Source of the DNA: Marinifilaceae bacterium
GTDB lineage: Bacteria > Bacteroidota > Bacteroidia > Bacteroidales > Marinifilaceae
NCBI GenBank assembly: GCA_031553705.1
Contig: JAVBLD010000033.1
Span: 10,054-74,053, forward strand
Reading direction: 5' to 3'
DNA length: 64,000 nt
Below the pieces are notes generated by a model. The model was not told the DNA's origin and searched no databases. It saw only the letters and a program-made list of their open reading frames with translations. The position numbers and the translations under genes were made by a program. Below, in pieces: positions 39,085-48,222 of the stretch (the first letter of the stretch is position 1; every line of letters starts with the position of its first letter).

Positions 39085-39758
39085 AAAGAACAAGATTTAT
39101 TGACCTGGGAATGAAGGGATACCGGGAAGTGTGGCAACAACAGGAACAGTTGTTGGAGTCCGTTAAAGAAGAGAAAAGGCAGGGAAAATCTCCGTTGAAT
39201 TACTTGCTTTTTGTGGAACACCATCCGGTTTATACTTTGGGAAAAAGCGGGGATGCATCAAATATGTTGGCTGATATGATACAATTGAGTGCAAAGGATG
39301 CCGAATTGATAAAAGTGGACAGGGGAGGAGATATTACATTCCATGGGCCGGGCCAATTGGTGGCTTATCCGGTAATCGATCTGGAGGATTTTGGGCTGGG
39401 AGTGAAAGAGTATGTCGAAAAGCTGGAAGAGGTGGTAATCCGCGCGATTGCTGCTTATGGAATTAAAGGGGATCGTTTTTCCGGTGCGACAGGGGTGTGG
39501 TTGGATGTAAATACGAAGCAGTCGCGAAAAATTTGTGCCATCGGGGTAAAATGTTCCCAATTTGTTACTATGCACGGATTCGCCCTGAATGTAAATACCG
39601 ACCTAGGGTATTTTAATTATATCAACCCTTGTGGGTTTGTCGATAAAGGGGTTACTTCATTGGCAAAAGAAGCAGGTTGTCAAGCGGATATGAACGAAGT
39701 AAAACAAATCGTTCTCAGCAAGTTTGTAGAAGTATTCGGAATGAATATGAACAGGTAG
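39081..39758 (+). CDS. lipB: lipoyl(octanoyl) transferase
   Basis: RGGDITFHGPGQLVAYP and KICAIGV motifs. Its start overlaps the lipA stop as ATGA. Confidence 0.9.
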   Translation: MKRTRFIDLGMKGYREVWQQQEQLLESVKEEKRQGKSPLNYLLFVEHHPVYTLGKSGDASNMLADMIQLSAKDAELIKVDRGGDITFHGPGQLVAYPVIDLEDFGLGVKEYVEKLEEVVIRAIAAYGIKGDRFSGATGVWLDVNTKQSRKICAIGVKCSQFVTMHGFALNVNTDLGYFNYINPCGFVDKGVTSLAKEAGCQADMNEVKQIVLSKFVEVFGMNMNR

Positions 39759-39798
39759 TAACAGAGCCGGGAACAATACCGGTACACCTCTGAAAGAC

Positions 39799-40218
39799 TT
39801 ATAATAATAATTTGCCTGTTTCCGGATTTCTGCGCTCTTTCTTTATTGATGCGATTATATCCAATGCTTCCGGGTTAAGAATCTCCGGTAGGTTTACTCC
39901 TCTTTTTTTAAGGCTGATCAGCCAATCCTCCACTTCTTCTTTTCGTAAAGTATATAGTATATCCCGAAAAAGCTCGATCTGCCTGTCATCATACCTATTT
40001 GCCTCTATTCCCCGGAATATATCCAGCTCTTCGTCTTCGAAATAATCAATATGCGGATCTGCAATTTTCAGGCCTTTTTCGCATACTGCGTGCATTCCGC
40101 AACATCCCTCGACAGGGGTGACAGACCTGTTTGATTGTTTTTCCTTTGATTTACTTACAAAAGTAAACAGGGCCACAATAATAAGCAACCCCGTTATTCC
40201 AATAACTAAATAAAGCAT
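39799..40218 (-). CDS. hypothetical membrane-anchored protein with a Cys cluster
   Basis: 139 aa: an N-terminal TM helix, the motif GCCGMHAVCEK, then an acidic helical domain (DYFEDEELD...). Confidence 0.5.
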   Translation of the reverse strand: MLYLVIGITGLLIIVALFTFVSKSKEKQSNRSVTPVEGCCGMHAVCEKGLKIADPHIDYFEDEELDIFRGIEANRYDDRQIELFRDILYTLRKEEVEDWLISLKKRGVNLPEILNPEALDIIASIKKERRNPETGKLLL

Positions 40219-40244
40219 GATTCACTGCATATTTAGAGAACTTG

Positions 40245-40895
40245 TTATTTGTTCAATTCTTTCTTGAGCTGGTTTATTTGATTGGTCAACTTTTGAATCT
40301 CAGCTTCTCCGTTACTCTTTTCTTTTCTGATCCATGCCAATTTTTTATTAAGCTCTTCGTTTTCCTGTTTTAGCTTGAGCACTTCCTCGTTGTTAGAACC
40401 TGCGCCCGATTGGATCGCATTCAGTTCATTTTTTATTCTTTGATTCTCTTTTTCCAGTTCTGATTTCACCCTAGCTAACTCTCTTTGGGCATCGTCCCGT
40501 TCGGTAAGCACTTTCTTGAAACTGCTTTCAAGGGTGGTAATCCTTTGTTCTGACGATTCGGCCGAGTATTTGATCTGATCGGAGGCTTCATCCAATTCCG
40601 ATTTTAAAGCCGTTTGTTTACTCTCTAAAGAGCGTAGTTTATTATTTAATTCATCGACCATCTTATCTTTCATTGCATTATTTTCCGTCAGCTTATAACG
40701 TATCGAACTAAAATCATCTTTAGCCTGCTGCAGCTCTTTTTCAAGGTTCTTCTTGTCCTTCTTTACATCGAGCAAATTCCGTTCGACATCTCTTTTAGCC
40801 CTGGCCAGATCCTCATACTTCTTTTTAGATACACACGATGACAACAGGGATGAAATGATAATAAAATTCAATACGTATAGTCCAATCCGTCTCAT
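40245..40895 (-). CDS. coiled-coil lipoprotein
   Basis: Lipobox LLSSC. The rest of the 216 aa is heptad-like and Lys/Glu/Leu-rich, with no OmpA-like C-terminal domain. Confidence 0.55.
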   Translation of the reverse strand: MRRIGLYVLNFIIISSLLSSCVSKKKYEDLARAKRDVERNLLDVKKDKKNLEKELQQAKDDFSSIRYKLTENNAMKDKMVDELNNKLRSLESKQTALKSELDEASDQIKYSAESSEQRITTLESSFKKVLTERDDAQRELARVKSELEKENQRIKNELNAIQSGAGSNNEEVLKLKQENEELNKKLAWIRKEKSNGEAEIQKLTNQINQLKKELNK

Positions 40896-41013
40896 TTTGT
40901 ATTATTTTATATTTTTCGATATAAACCCTGTAATTACAGTTACAGAGTCTTGGTTTTAATTATTATAATTACTTACTTTGGGGCAAATATATAAAATAAA
41001 CGAATAGATTACT

Positions 41014-42198
41014 ATGAATAGGAAAGTTCTCTCGTTAATAATATTATTTCTTGTTTGGTTTGCAGCGGCTTATGCACAGAATGATGGAAAAATAACATTA
41101 AAAGGAGTGATTCTTGATGCTAAAACAAACGAACCGGTGATATTTGCCAACATGGGGGTTTTGGGTACTACAGCCGGGGTTGCATCGGAGAAAGACGGAC
41201 GGTTCGAGTTGACGGTACCAGAAAAGTATGCTTCCTATATAGTTCGCATTTCTGCTGTGGGTTATGCGACGTATGATATAAAGATAAGCGAGGCGAAGGA
41301 AAAAGGAGATATGACCATCATGCTTGAACCGGTCGCGTATGGATTGGATGAGGTAGATATACGTGCCAAAGCGCAGGTCTATCAAAGAATGCTGAAGAAC
41401 GTTGTGACAAATATCAGCAAGAACTATATTGTGAAACCCTATAACTATCAGGGATATTTTGAGCATAGTGTCTTTAAAAACGGAGTGGAAGACAATACCA
41501 AAGAGGCTATTATACAGATTTATGATAATAGGGGGTACGTCCGCAGTGATGTAAGTACGACATTCGGAGAGATAAATTATAAGTTTAATCAGGTACGACG
41601 AAATCGTCCGGTTCAATCGATATTTGACGGCTTAAATTATTTTGACGATATCCTGACAGCCGACGTAGTACGTAACACAAGGAATGTATTGGATATAGCC
41701 AATTCGAGGGAATATAAACTGAAAGGAAAGGGTAAACTGCAGTATGAGGGAGATTCGGTGCAGGTGATAGAATATGAGGTAGCCAAGCCTACCATTTCAA
41801 CGACAGGAAACACTCAGGTAATGGCCTATAAAGGAGAGATATATGTAAACTTAAAGGATTTTGCTGTCCTGAAACATATTGTCAATATTACTGCAAAGAA
41901 TTTTACAATCTTGGGACGTAACCTGATGCCGGTAAACGAACCTGAAAAATCTAATGTGAATATCGTAATCGTTACCAATTATAAGAAACTCAAAAATGTT
42001 TATTTCCTAAGCGGTACAACACTCAGATATACCTATAAAGAGGCTGAAAACAGTATAAAGGGGGAGATGCAGTATGTTACGACGAGGGTAAACATGAATG
42101 CTCCGGAAGCTATTACCGGACGGATGTATTATGAAGATATCAAAACCAATGAAAGTTTCTGGAACCGTTATTCGGTTTATTTTGAGGGGGAGGAGTGA
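41014..42198 (+). CDS. carboxypeptidase-regulatory-like domain protein
   Basis: A signal peptide followed by ITLKGVILDAKTNEPVIFANMGV.....ASEKDGRFELTVP, the CarboxypepD_reg signature. Confidence 0.6.
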   Translation: MNRKVLSLIILFLVWFAAAYAQNDGKITLKGVILDAKTNEPVIFANMGVLGTTAGVASEKDGRFELTVPEKYASYIVRISAVGYATYDIKISEAKEKGDMTIMLEPVAYGLDEVDIRAKAQVYQRMLKNVVTNISKNYIVKPYNYQGYFEHSVFKNGVEDNTKEAIIQIYDNRGYVRSDVSTTFGEINYKFNQVRRNRPVQSIFDGLNYFDDILTADVVRNTRNVLDIANSREYKLKGKGKLQYEGDSVQVIEYEVAKPTISTTGNTQVMAYKGEIYVNLKDFAVLKHIVNITAKNFTILGRNLMPVNEPEKSNVNIVIVTNYKKLKNVYFLSGTTLRYTYKEAENSIKGEMQYVTTRVNMNAPEAITGRMYYEDIKTNESFWNRYSVYFEGEE

Positions 42199-43745
42199 AA
42201 TATATCCTCTTTTTTGGTTGGTTTCTTTTCGATATGCCACTGGAAATCCTTTAACTGCTGGTCTTCCGGTTTTACCATGAATATCGGAGTAATAGTACCA
42301 TCGGTTTTATTGAGGAAAGTAATTATCTCGATTTGCTTCTTTTCGATCAGGATTCTGGTATTGGGACTGGTTGCCTTAAACAGTCCGATAATAGTTCCTT
42401 TTTCGTCAAGATAATAAAGCGTCTCACTGCTTCCGTTCACATAAACCATACGCAATTCATTGTTTTCGACATATCCGGTAATGTTCCTGCCTTTTATTTG
42501 GTTGAACCTATTTGTATCTGCCTGATTGATAATCATAGCTTTGTTATTCAGATGAAACAGGTCGACATTATTTCCCTTCATGTGCATATTGATGTCTGTC
42601 GCCGTCATTTGATTACCGCTGGCCCAAACGATTGGCGTGTGATACAAGTAAACGGTGGAATCCGCCACCGGAAATACCATTGAATCGCAAATTCCTTGCA
42701 GATCCGTATTATAGAGCTTTGTGTTGTAGTAAGCTTTCATGACATTGCTACCGAGCGTATCTTTGTTGACGGAAATAGTATCTCCATGGATAAAGAGGGA
42801 GTCGGCTTCCCCGACAATAGTCAATAAAGCCCGTTGGGTAATATAGGCATAATCGTTGTTTTTAAGCACCTTTCCATAGTGACCTTCGACAATAACATTA
42901 TTGACCGTATCGTAAAGATGGATATGTTGTTTCATGATTGCACTGCCGCTGATGCTGTCTACGATGATCGTATCAGCTACGCCCAAGTACTCGTTATAGG
43001 TAAGGTGATTATTTTTGTATAACTCGGCGTGTGACGTGAGCGAATTATACCATCCTTTTTCCGAGTAGAGCGTACGGTTATCTCCGTGAATATGTGTCGG
43101 GCCTAATATGGTGATTATTTTCGTTACCGTCTGATATTTCATTGTGTCGGAAAACATCCTGTAGTCAGGAGTATGTACTTGTACACTATCTTTGAAAAAC
43201 ATCTCATTGATAGGCACATAGTAATATCCGAATTTGCTGCTTAAGGTATTAACTTTGTCTTTAATTGTGCCATGATTGAAATAGTAACCTACCCTTGTCG
43301 CTGCATTATAATCGAGGAAGTTGGTCGTTAAAGTGATCTTCTGGTCGTTCATGCTAACGTTGTGACGTACCTGTGCCAGTAAAGTTTTACTGTTATAAGT
43401 CATATAGTCCCCCCACAAATGCAATGTATCGCTCTGGATCGCATGCACGCGACCGAAGGCTTCGACATAATTACTATCCGGATATTGGTACAAGCTGTCA
43501 CAAGTCATCTGCATATCTTTATGTTCCAGTCTGACATTCCCGATCAGCTTGTTTATTCTTTGTACGACACCGATTCTGGTCATATCGGCATGTAATATGT
43601 TAATCTTTGCGGAATCCTGTGCCATAACCGGTGAGGCAAAACTCGCAATACAACATAACAATCCCCACATGAGGATGGCGCGTTGCAATCGTAATCGTAC
43701 AATCGGATATATTGAAAACATATACAATAGCAAAAGCATTTTCAA
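42177..43745 (-). CDS. OstA-like (LptA/LptD N-terminal beta-jellyroll) domain protein
   Basis: Repetitive beta-strand-rich sequence with an internal signal-like segment (MWGLLCCIASFASPVMAQ), so the true start may be 43670. It sits directly downstream of a SurA-like gene, as in other Bacteroidales by my recollection. Confidence 0.5.
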   Translation of the reverse strand: MKMLLLLYMFSIYPIVRLRLQRAILMWGLLCCIASFASPVMAQDSAKINILHADMTRIGVVQRINKLIGNVRLEHKDMQMTCDSLYQYPDSNYVEAFGRVHAIQSDTLHLWGDYMTYNSKTLLAQVRHNVSMNDQKITLTTNFLDYNAATRVGYYFNHGTIKDKVNTLSSKFGYYYVPINEMFFKDSVQVHTPDYRMFSDTMKYQTVTKIITILGPTHIHGDNRTLYSEKGWYNSLTSHAELYKNNHLTYNEYLGVADTIIVDSISGSAIMKQHIHLYDTVNNVIVEGHYGKVLKNNDYAYITQRALLTIVGEADSLFIHGDTISVNKDTLGSNVMKAYYNTKLYNTDLQGICDSMVFPVADSTVYLYHTPIVWASGNQMTATDINMHMKGNNVDLFHLNNKAMIINQADTNRFNQIKGRNITGYVENNELRMVYVNGSSETLYYLDEKGTIIGLFKATSPNTRILIEKKQIEIITFLNKTDGTITPIFMVKPEDQQLKDFQWHIEKKPTKKEDIFHSSPSK

Positions 43746-43796
43746 ATGATCGTTTTTTATCCACGAACTTTTCTACTTCAATTCGTGTGCAAGGGG

Positions 43797-45128
43797 TTAT
43801 TTAAACCACCCGTCATAGTGGAATTTTGCATCCTTATAGGAGTCGTCAATATGAATATAGGTTGCAGCTTGTTTTTCGTTGATCCATTTTTTAAACTTCT
43901 CCATCTGCTTTTCATTCTTCAACAACATTTCAAAGTTCATCCAATCCTCTTCCAGGTTGGCTTTATGTTGTGGATAGAATGCTTTAATCTTGATGATTTT
44001 ATACTCTTCCCGTCCGCTGCTTCGATCCAGAAAAGGTTCGGATATCTGGCCTACTTTCATACGGTTCACCTCTTTAGCCATATCTCCTTTTATATCGCTT
44101 TTGGCAATTTTCGAATCGGCGCCGTAACCGGCAATCAAACCGCCATTCTGTCTTGTCTGCTTATCGGTTGAAAAATAGTAGGCGGACTCTTCAAATGTCA
44201 TTTTGCCATCTATAATGTATTGTCTGATAGTGTCAAGGCGTTGTATTGCCTCTTCTTTCTCTTCCGGTGATACTTTAGGCTGGATCACGATGTGGCGGAC
44301 ATTCAGCTTCTCTCCTTGACGGTCAATTAATTGTATAATATGGAAACCGTATTCGGTTTCAACAATTTTTGATATTTTGCCCGGCTTCAGGCTATAGGCA
44401 GCTTCTGCAAATTCCGGAACCCAATCCGTCTTCGATTTATACCCCATTTCTCCTCCCCTGGCTGCTGCTGCATCTTCCGAATAGAGCACCGCTAACGTAC
44501 TGAAAGACTTTTCGCCGTTAATTATCTGCTCCCTGAAGCTTCTTAACAATTCTCTGACCCGCTCTTTCTCTGCTTCACTTATGTTGGGTTTCAGCACAAT
44601 CTGTTGAATTTCGTATTTATCCGGCATGTCCGGCAGACTGTCTTTCGGGATTTTCTTATAGTAACTTCTTACTTCGGAAGGAGTAAGACGGACTTTCTCG
44701 ACGATTTTTTGCTGCATTCTTTCAGTGATTAATCTTTCCCGGATGGGTGCCCGCATTTCGTCTCTAATTTCATTAAGGTTTTTATTGAAATAAGATTCAA
44801 GGCGTTCCTGCGAACCAATGTTGGCAATCAGATCTTCAATGCGGTGTGTTATTTCCGCTTCAACTTCGTCTTCAGTGACCGTGATACTATCAAGCTTTGC
44901 CTGTGCTACCAGAAGTTTTTGAATTAACTGTTGTTCTAAAAGCTCCGTTTTGTAATCGACAGAAGAGGAGATCATACCCTGGCTTTGCTCTTGTAGAAAC
45001 GCATTCTCGATATCCGACTTTAAAATAATCTCATCTCCTACAATTGCAATAATTTTATCCACGACATTTTTCTGGGCCGTAACATAACCGGATAAGAACA
45101 ATATAATAAACAAAAAAGGATATTTCAT
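43797..45128 (-). CDS. surA: SurA-like periplasmic chaperone / parvulin-type peptidyl-prolyl isomerase
   Basis: Signal peptide, a SurA N-terminal-like helical domain and parvulin segments (..YGFHIIQLIDRQGEKLNVRHIVI..). Confidence 0.75.
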   Translation of the reverse strand: MKYPFLFIILFLSGYVTAQKNVVDKIIAIVGDEIILKSDIENAFLQEQSQGMISSSVDYKTELLEQQLIQKLLVAQAKLDSITVTEDEVEAEITHRIEDLIANIGSQERLESYFNKNLNEIRDEMRAPIRERLITERMQQKIVEKVRLTPSEVRSYYKKIPKDSLPDMPDKYEIQQIVLKPNISEAEKERVRELLRSFREQIINGEKSFSTLAVLYSEDAAAARGGEMGYKSKTDWVPEFAEAAYSLKPGKISKIVETEYGFHIIQLIDRQGEKLNVRHIVIQPKVSPEEKEEAIQRLDTIRQYIIDGKMTFEESAYYFSTDKQTRQNGGLIAGYGADSKIAKSDIKGDMAKEVNRMKVGQISEPFLDRSSGREEYKIIKIKAFYPQHKANLEEDWMNFEMLLKNEKQMEKFKKWINEKQAATYIHIDDSYKDAKFHYDGWFK

Positions 45129-45342
45129 AAATATATAATTGAAAGTTGAAAATTGAATGTTAAAAACGAGGTTGTTTGAGTAACTCTTTGATATATAGTA
45201 TTAATTATAAATATCTTATAGTATGTGTCATATTTGCTTTTGTTTTGAATGCCCGAAGCTAATATTTTTTATTTAAACATGGAGTATTTTCAAGAATGAT
45301 TTTTACCGGAGCTGTATTTCATTTTTGATTTTTGCAGTTTAC

Positions 45343-46176
45343 TCAATATATTTTTACGTAATCTTTGCGTACTCCCTCTTCATTGATTTGTTTTTCCAGC
45401 TCGCTTTCGAAAGCAAGTTTTTTCTTATTTTTCAGAATAAGAACGATTTCGTTCCGGACGTATTCCAGCGGAGCCAATGTCTGGTCCCGGTATATCTCTC
45501 TTATTTTGAGGAAATAGTAGTTTTCATCATCTTCCTTCTCAATATTTTTCATATAGGAAACCTCTTTTTCCAATGTGTTGAAGTCTCCCGGGATCAGGTT
45601 TAGCAGATACTTTACTTCGACCCATTTATCATCAAATTGATCGTATTTTTTGGCGTTGGTGATGCAGTATTCTTCCAGATGCTCCAAATCCTGCGCCCTA
45701 TCGGATAGAAACCATTTTCGGACGTCGTTCAGATTAGGTGCCGATTTGGGAATAATAAAAAATATAGCTCTTACGATGGGAGTAGCCAGTATAAAATTAT
45801 ATTTGTTTTCATCATAATACTGCCTTATATCCGTTTCACTGATGTTATCTTCCAAACGTTGGTCGATCAGTTTTTGCTTATACCGGTATATCAATAACGA
45901 TGTGCGGTAATCTTCTACTTGCCGTTCGATATCTTTTTCTTCATCGGAAAGATTAGCAATGGCTTTATGCAACAGCAGCTTTTTACTTATCCAGTTTCTG
46001 ATGTAATTCTGGGCCATCAATAAGCTATCTTCGGATGTAGTAGCAGACGGTATAAAATCAGCAATTTCGTTGCGATATAGATAACTCTCAAATACTTTTG
46101 CAACAGCTTCATTTTGTGTATGATTTACACATGAGAATATGATAAATAATAAAAGCACCGAAACGATTATTTTCAT
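45343..46176 (-). CDS. hypothetical envelope protein, SurA-N/PpiD-like chaperone domain
   Basis: Lipoprotein-like signal (FIIFSC) and a helical domain resembling the SurA N-terminus. No parvulin motif is visible. Confidence 0.4.
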   Translation of the reverse strand: MKIIVSVLLLFIIFSCVNHTQNEAVAKVFESYLYRNEIADFIPSATTSEDSLLMAQNYIRNWISKKLLLHKAIANLSDEEKDIERQVEDYRTSLLIYRYKQKLIDQRLEDNISETDIRQYYDENKYNFILATPIVRAIFFIIPKSAPNLNDVRKWFLSDRAQDLEHLEEYCITNAKKYDQFDDKWVEVKYLLNLIPGDFNTLEKEVSYMKNIEKEDDENYYFLKIREIYRDQTLAPLEYVRNEIVLILKNKKKLAFESELEKQINEEGVRKDYVKIY

Positions 46177-46474
46177 CTTATTGTAATTTTACGGATTTTA
46201 TTGCGAAATTACTAAAAAACGGGTGATCTGATATACATTCGCTGAAATTTTTATCTTCCGGATGAGGAATAAAATAGTAATATACAAGATGTAAATGCCT
46301 TACGATCGCTTACTGAATGCAGATTAATCAACGATATTGATTAAATCACGTCCGGTAGGAATGGAATTCAGAAATAGAAAATATGGCACAGAATTTGTAT
46401 TTTTGAAAAAAGAATTATGGCGTTGTAACTTTTATGCGTTTCATTCGTCTTAATTTAAAACAAAGTTAAAAACA

Positions 46475-46954
46475 ATGGGAAAGATTTATGTTTTTTTAGC
46501 CGTAGCTTTTTGTTCGTTTGGGGTAGTAGGGTATTGTATCTGGGCAGATGAAGCGGAACATGATACCTCTTTTCGGATGGAAAATATAGATTATTCCAAT
46601 GATATGGAAATAGTGCAAGAAACAGATGGATTTTCCGTTCCGGAAGATTCAGATGTTTTGCCGTATATCCAATCTGCCCAAGCACCTCCGGTTGTACAAG
46701 TAAGTGTAGTAAGCAATAGAAAGGAGAAAAATATCACCCGCATAGAAGTAGCAATTGTAATGCCGAACACCGGAATACCCCGTGTTACCATTGGTAACAG
46801 TATATTACGTCAGGAGTTCTGGGAAGCAGAAGAAACGGGTTTGGAGTTCGCCGATAGTACTTTGCTACCGCTTGCTGTCCGAAATACCGAGATGAATGCT
46901 ACTGTTTTTATTAAATGTTTTTTTTACGGGTCATCTTCCAAACCAGGTACATGA
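46475..46954 (+). CDS. hypothetical membrane-anchored protein (doubtful)
   Basis: 159 aa with N-terminal anchor IYVFLAVAFCSFGVVGYCIW. Its 3' end overlaps the convergent gene by 44 nt. I recognise no family. Confidence 0.3.
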   Translation: MGKIYVFLAVAFCSFGVVGYCIWADEAEHDTSFRMENIDYSNDMEIVQETDGFSVPEDSDVLPYIQSAQAPPVVQVSVVSNRKEKNITRIEVAIVMPNTGIPRVTIGNSILRQEFWEAEETGLEFADSTLLPLAVRNTEMNATVFIKCFFYGSSSKPGT

Positions 46955-48176
46955 TTTGGCTTATGACGATCACAATGATAACCCAGATTCCATATATTTT
47001 GAATAGCGATGTCCAGGGACTCTTCGGAGTCCCTGCTTCATTTTGAACACTCTTAATTGCCTTTAGTGTGAGATGATCCGTTGTCGCGGAAATATTATTT
47101 TCAAAAAAGGCCAAGTCGTAAACAGGCATTGAGGCTTGAGTATCTCCATAGGTGAGCCTGTATAAAACGGAATCATTCAACCAGGCAACCAGATAGTACT
47201 TATCACAATATGTAATAATCGAATCGATTTTTAATGGTAGATTGTCATGGTTCCGGATCATGATATGAAGTACATCGGTGTACTCGTTGTACCGGATTGT
47301 GTGTGAATCCTGATTGTTTGAATTAAGAGTGTAATATCGGGCTTCTGCCGGAGCAGGCTCTTTTTTTCTTTTTCTGTTTTGACGGACTTGCGGCATCCGG
47401 CGTTCTTCCTGAGGGACACTAAGAGTTATTGGACGATTATAGAACTGCGGTTCCGATATATAAAACAGGATGTCCGAAAGGTTGTATTTATCGTTGAAAC
47501 GGATAGTTATATATGTATTCCCATCTTTATTTTCTGTATATAGCTCTCTGTGCGGAATCTTTAACCGGTTGTATTGTACTTCTGACCGGTAGTCCATCTT
47601 GCCGATTTCTATGATGTTTAGCGGTGCGAACAGCGAATCATTTATCGAAAGCAAATAATATTTATAATCGGAGAGCGGGAAGTGTAGCTTTAACAAGGTG
47701 TTTGTCGTATTTTGGTTATATATTTCAGATAATAAGAGATCCTCTTTCACAGTGTACCACCTGTTACGATCGTTGCTGCCTTTAAGAATAGCTTGTTTTT
47801 GCGTGTCGGTATTTTTAATATTCAGGATAAAGGAAGAGACCTTTTCACCTTGAGTTTCGATTTCGATATCGGTATGGCGGTTTACTTCTGCTTTAACTAC
47901 AATCCGATAGGGGATAAACTCGTCTCTATTATTTGTACGGATATCTTTTTTAATGATAAAAGGAATCTCTTTTCCGTTGGTATCGATGATGCGCAGATCG
48001 GAAAGATCGGATTTAGCTTTTCCGACTACCCCTACCGGAAGATCAATCGTATAGAAATTTTTTGAATTGACTGGCGGGATTTCCGCATTATAACGGGGTT
48101 GTGCCGAAGCATTTATTGCAAAAACCGTACATATAACAAGCCATATTGCAATCCCTGTCTTTTCCATATGCATCAT
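46911..48176 (-). CDS. DUF3999-like protein with a signal peptide and a C-terminal TM anchor
   Basis: FYTIDLPVGVVGKAKSDLSDLRIID.NGKEIPF and GSNDRNRWYTV fit my recollection of DUF3999. The C-terminal TM segment is IYGIWVIIVIVISQIMYLVW. It lies 46 nt downstream of the DUF2339 gene. Confidence 0.45.
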   Translation of the reverse strand: MMHMEKTGIAIWLVICTVFAINASAQPRYNAEIPPVNSKNFYTIDLPVGVVGKAKSDLSDLRIIDTNGKEIPFIIKKDIRTNNRDEFIPYRIVVKAEVNRHTDIEIETQGEKVSSFILNIKNTDTQKQAILKGSNDRNRWYTVKEDLLLSEIYNQNTTNTLLKLHFPLSDYKYYLLSINDSLFAPLNIIEIGKMDYRSEVQYNRLKIPHRELYTENKDGNTYITIRFNDKYNLSDILFYISEPQFYNRPITLSVPQEERRMPQVRQNRKRKKEPAPAEARYYTLNSNNQDSHTIRYNEYTDVLHIMIRNHDNLPLKIDSIITYCDKYYLVAWLNDSVLYRLTYGDTQASMPVYDLAFFENNISATTDHLTLKAIKSVQNEAGTPKSPWTSLFKIYGIWVIIVIVISQIMYLVWKMTRKKNI

Positions 48177-48222
48177 GTTAGTTGAAAATTAATTCATATT
48201 CTCTTAATCCTGTATTCAAAAC

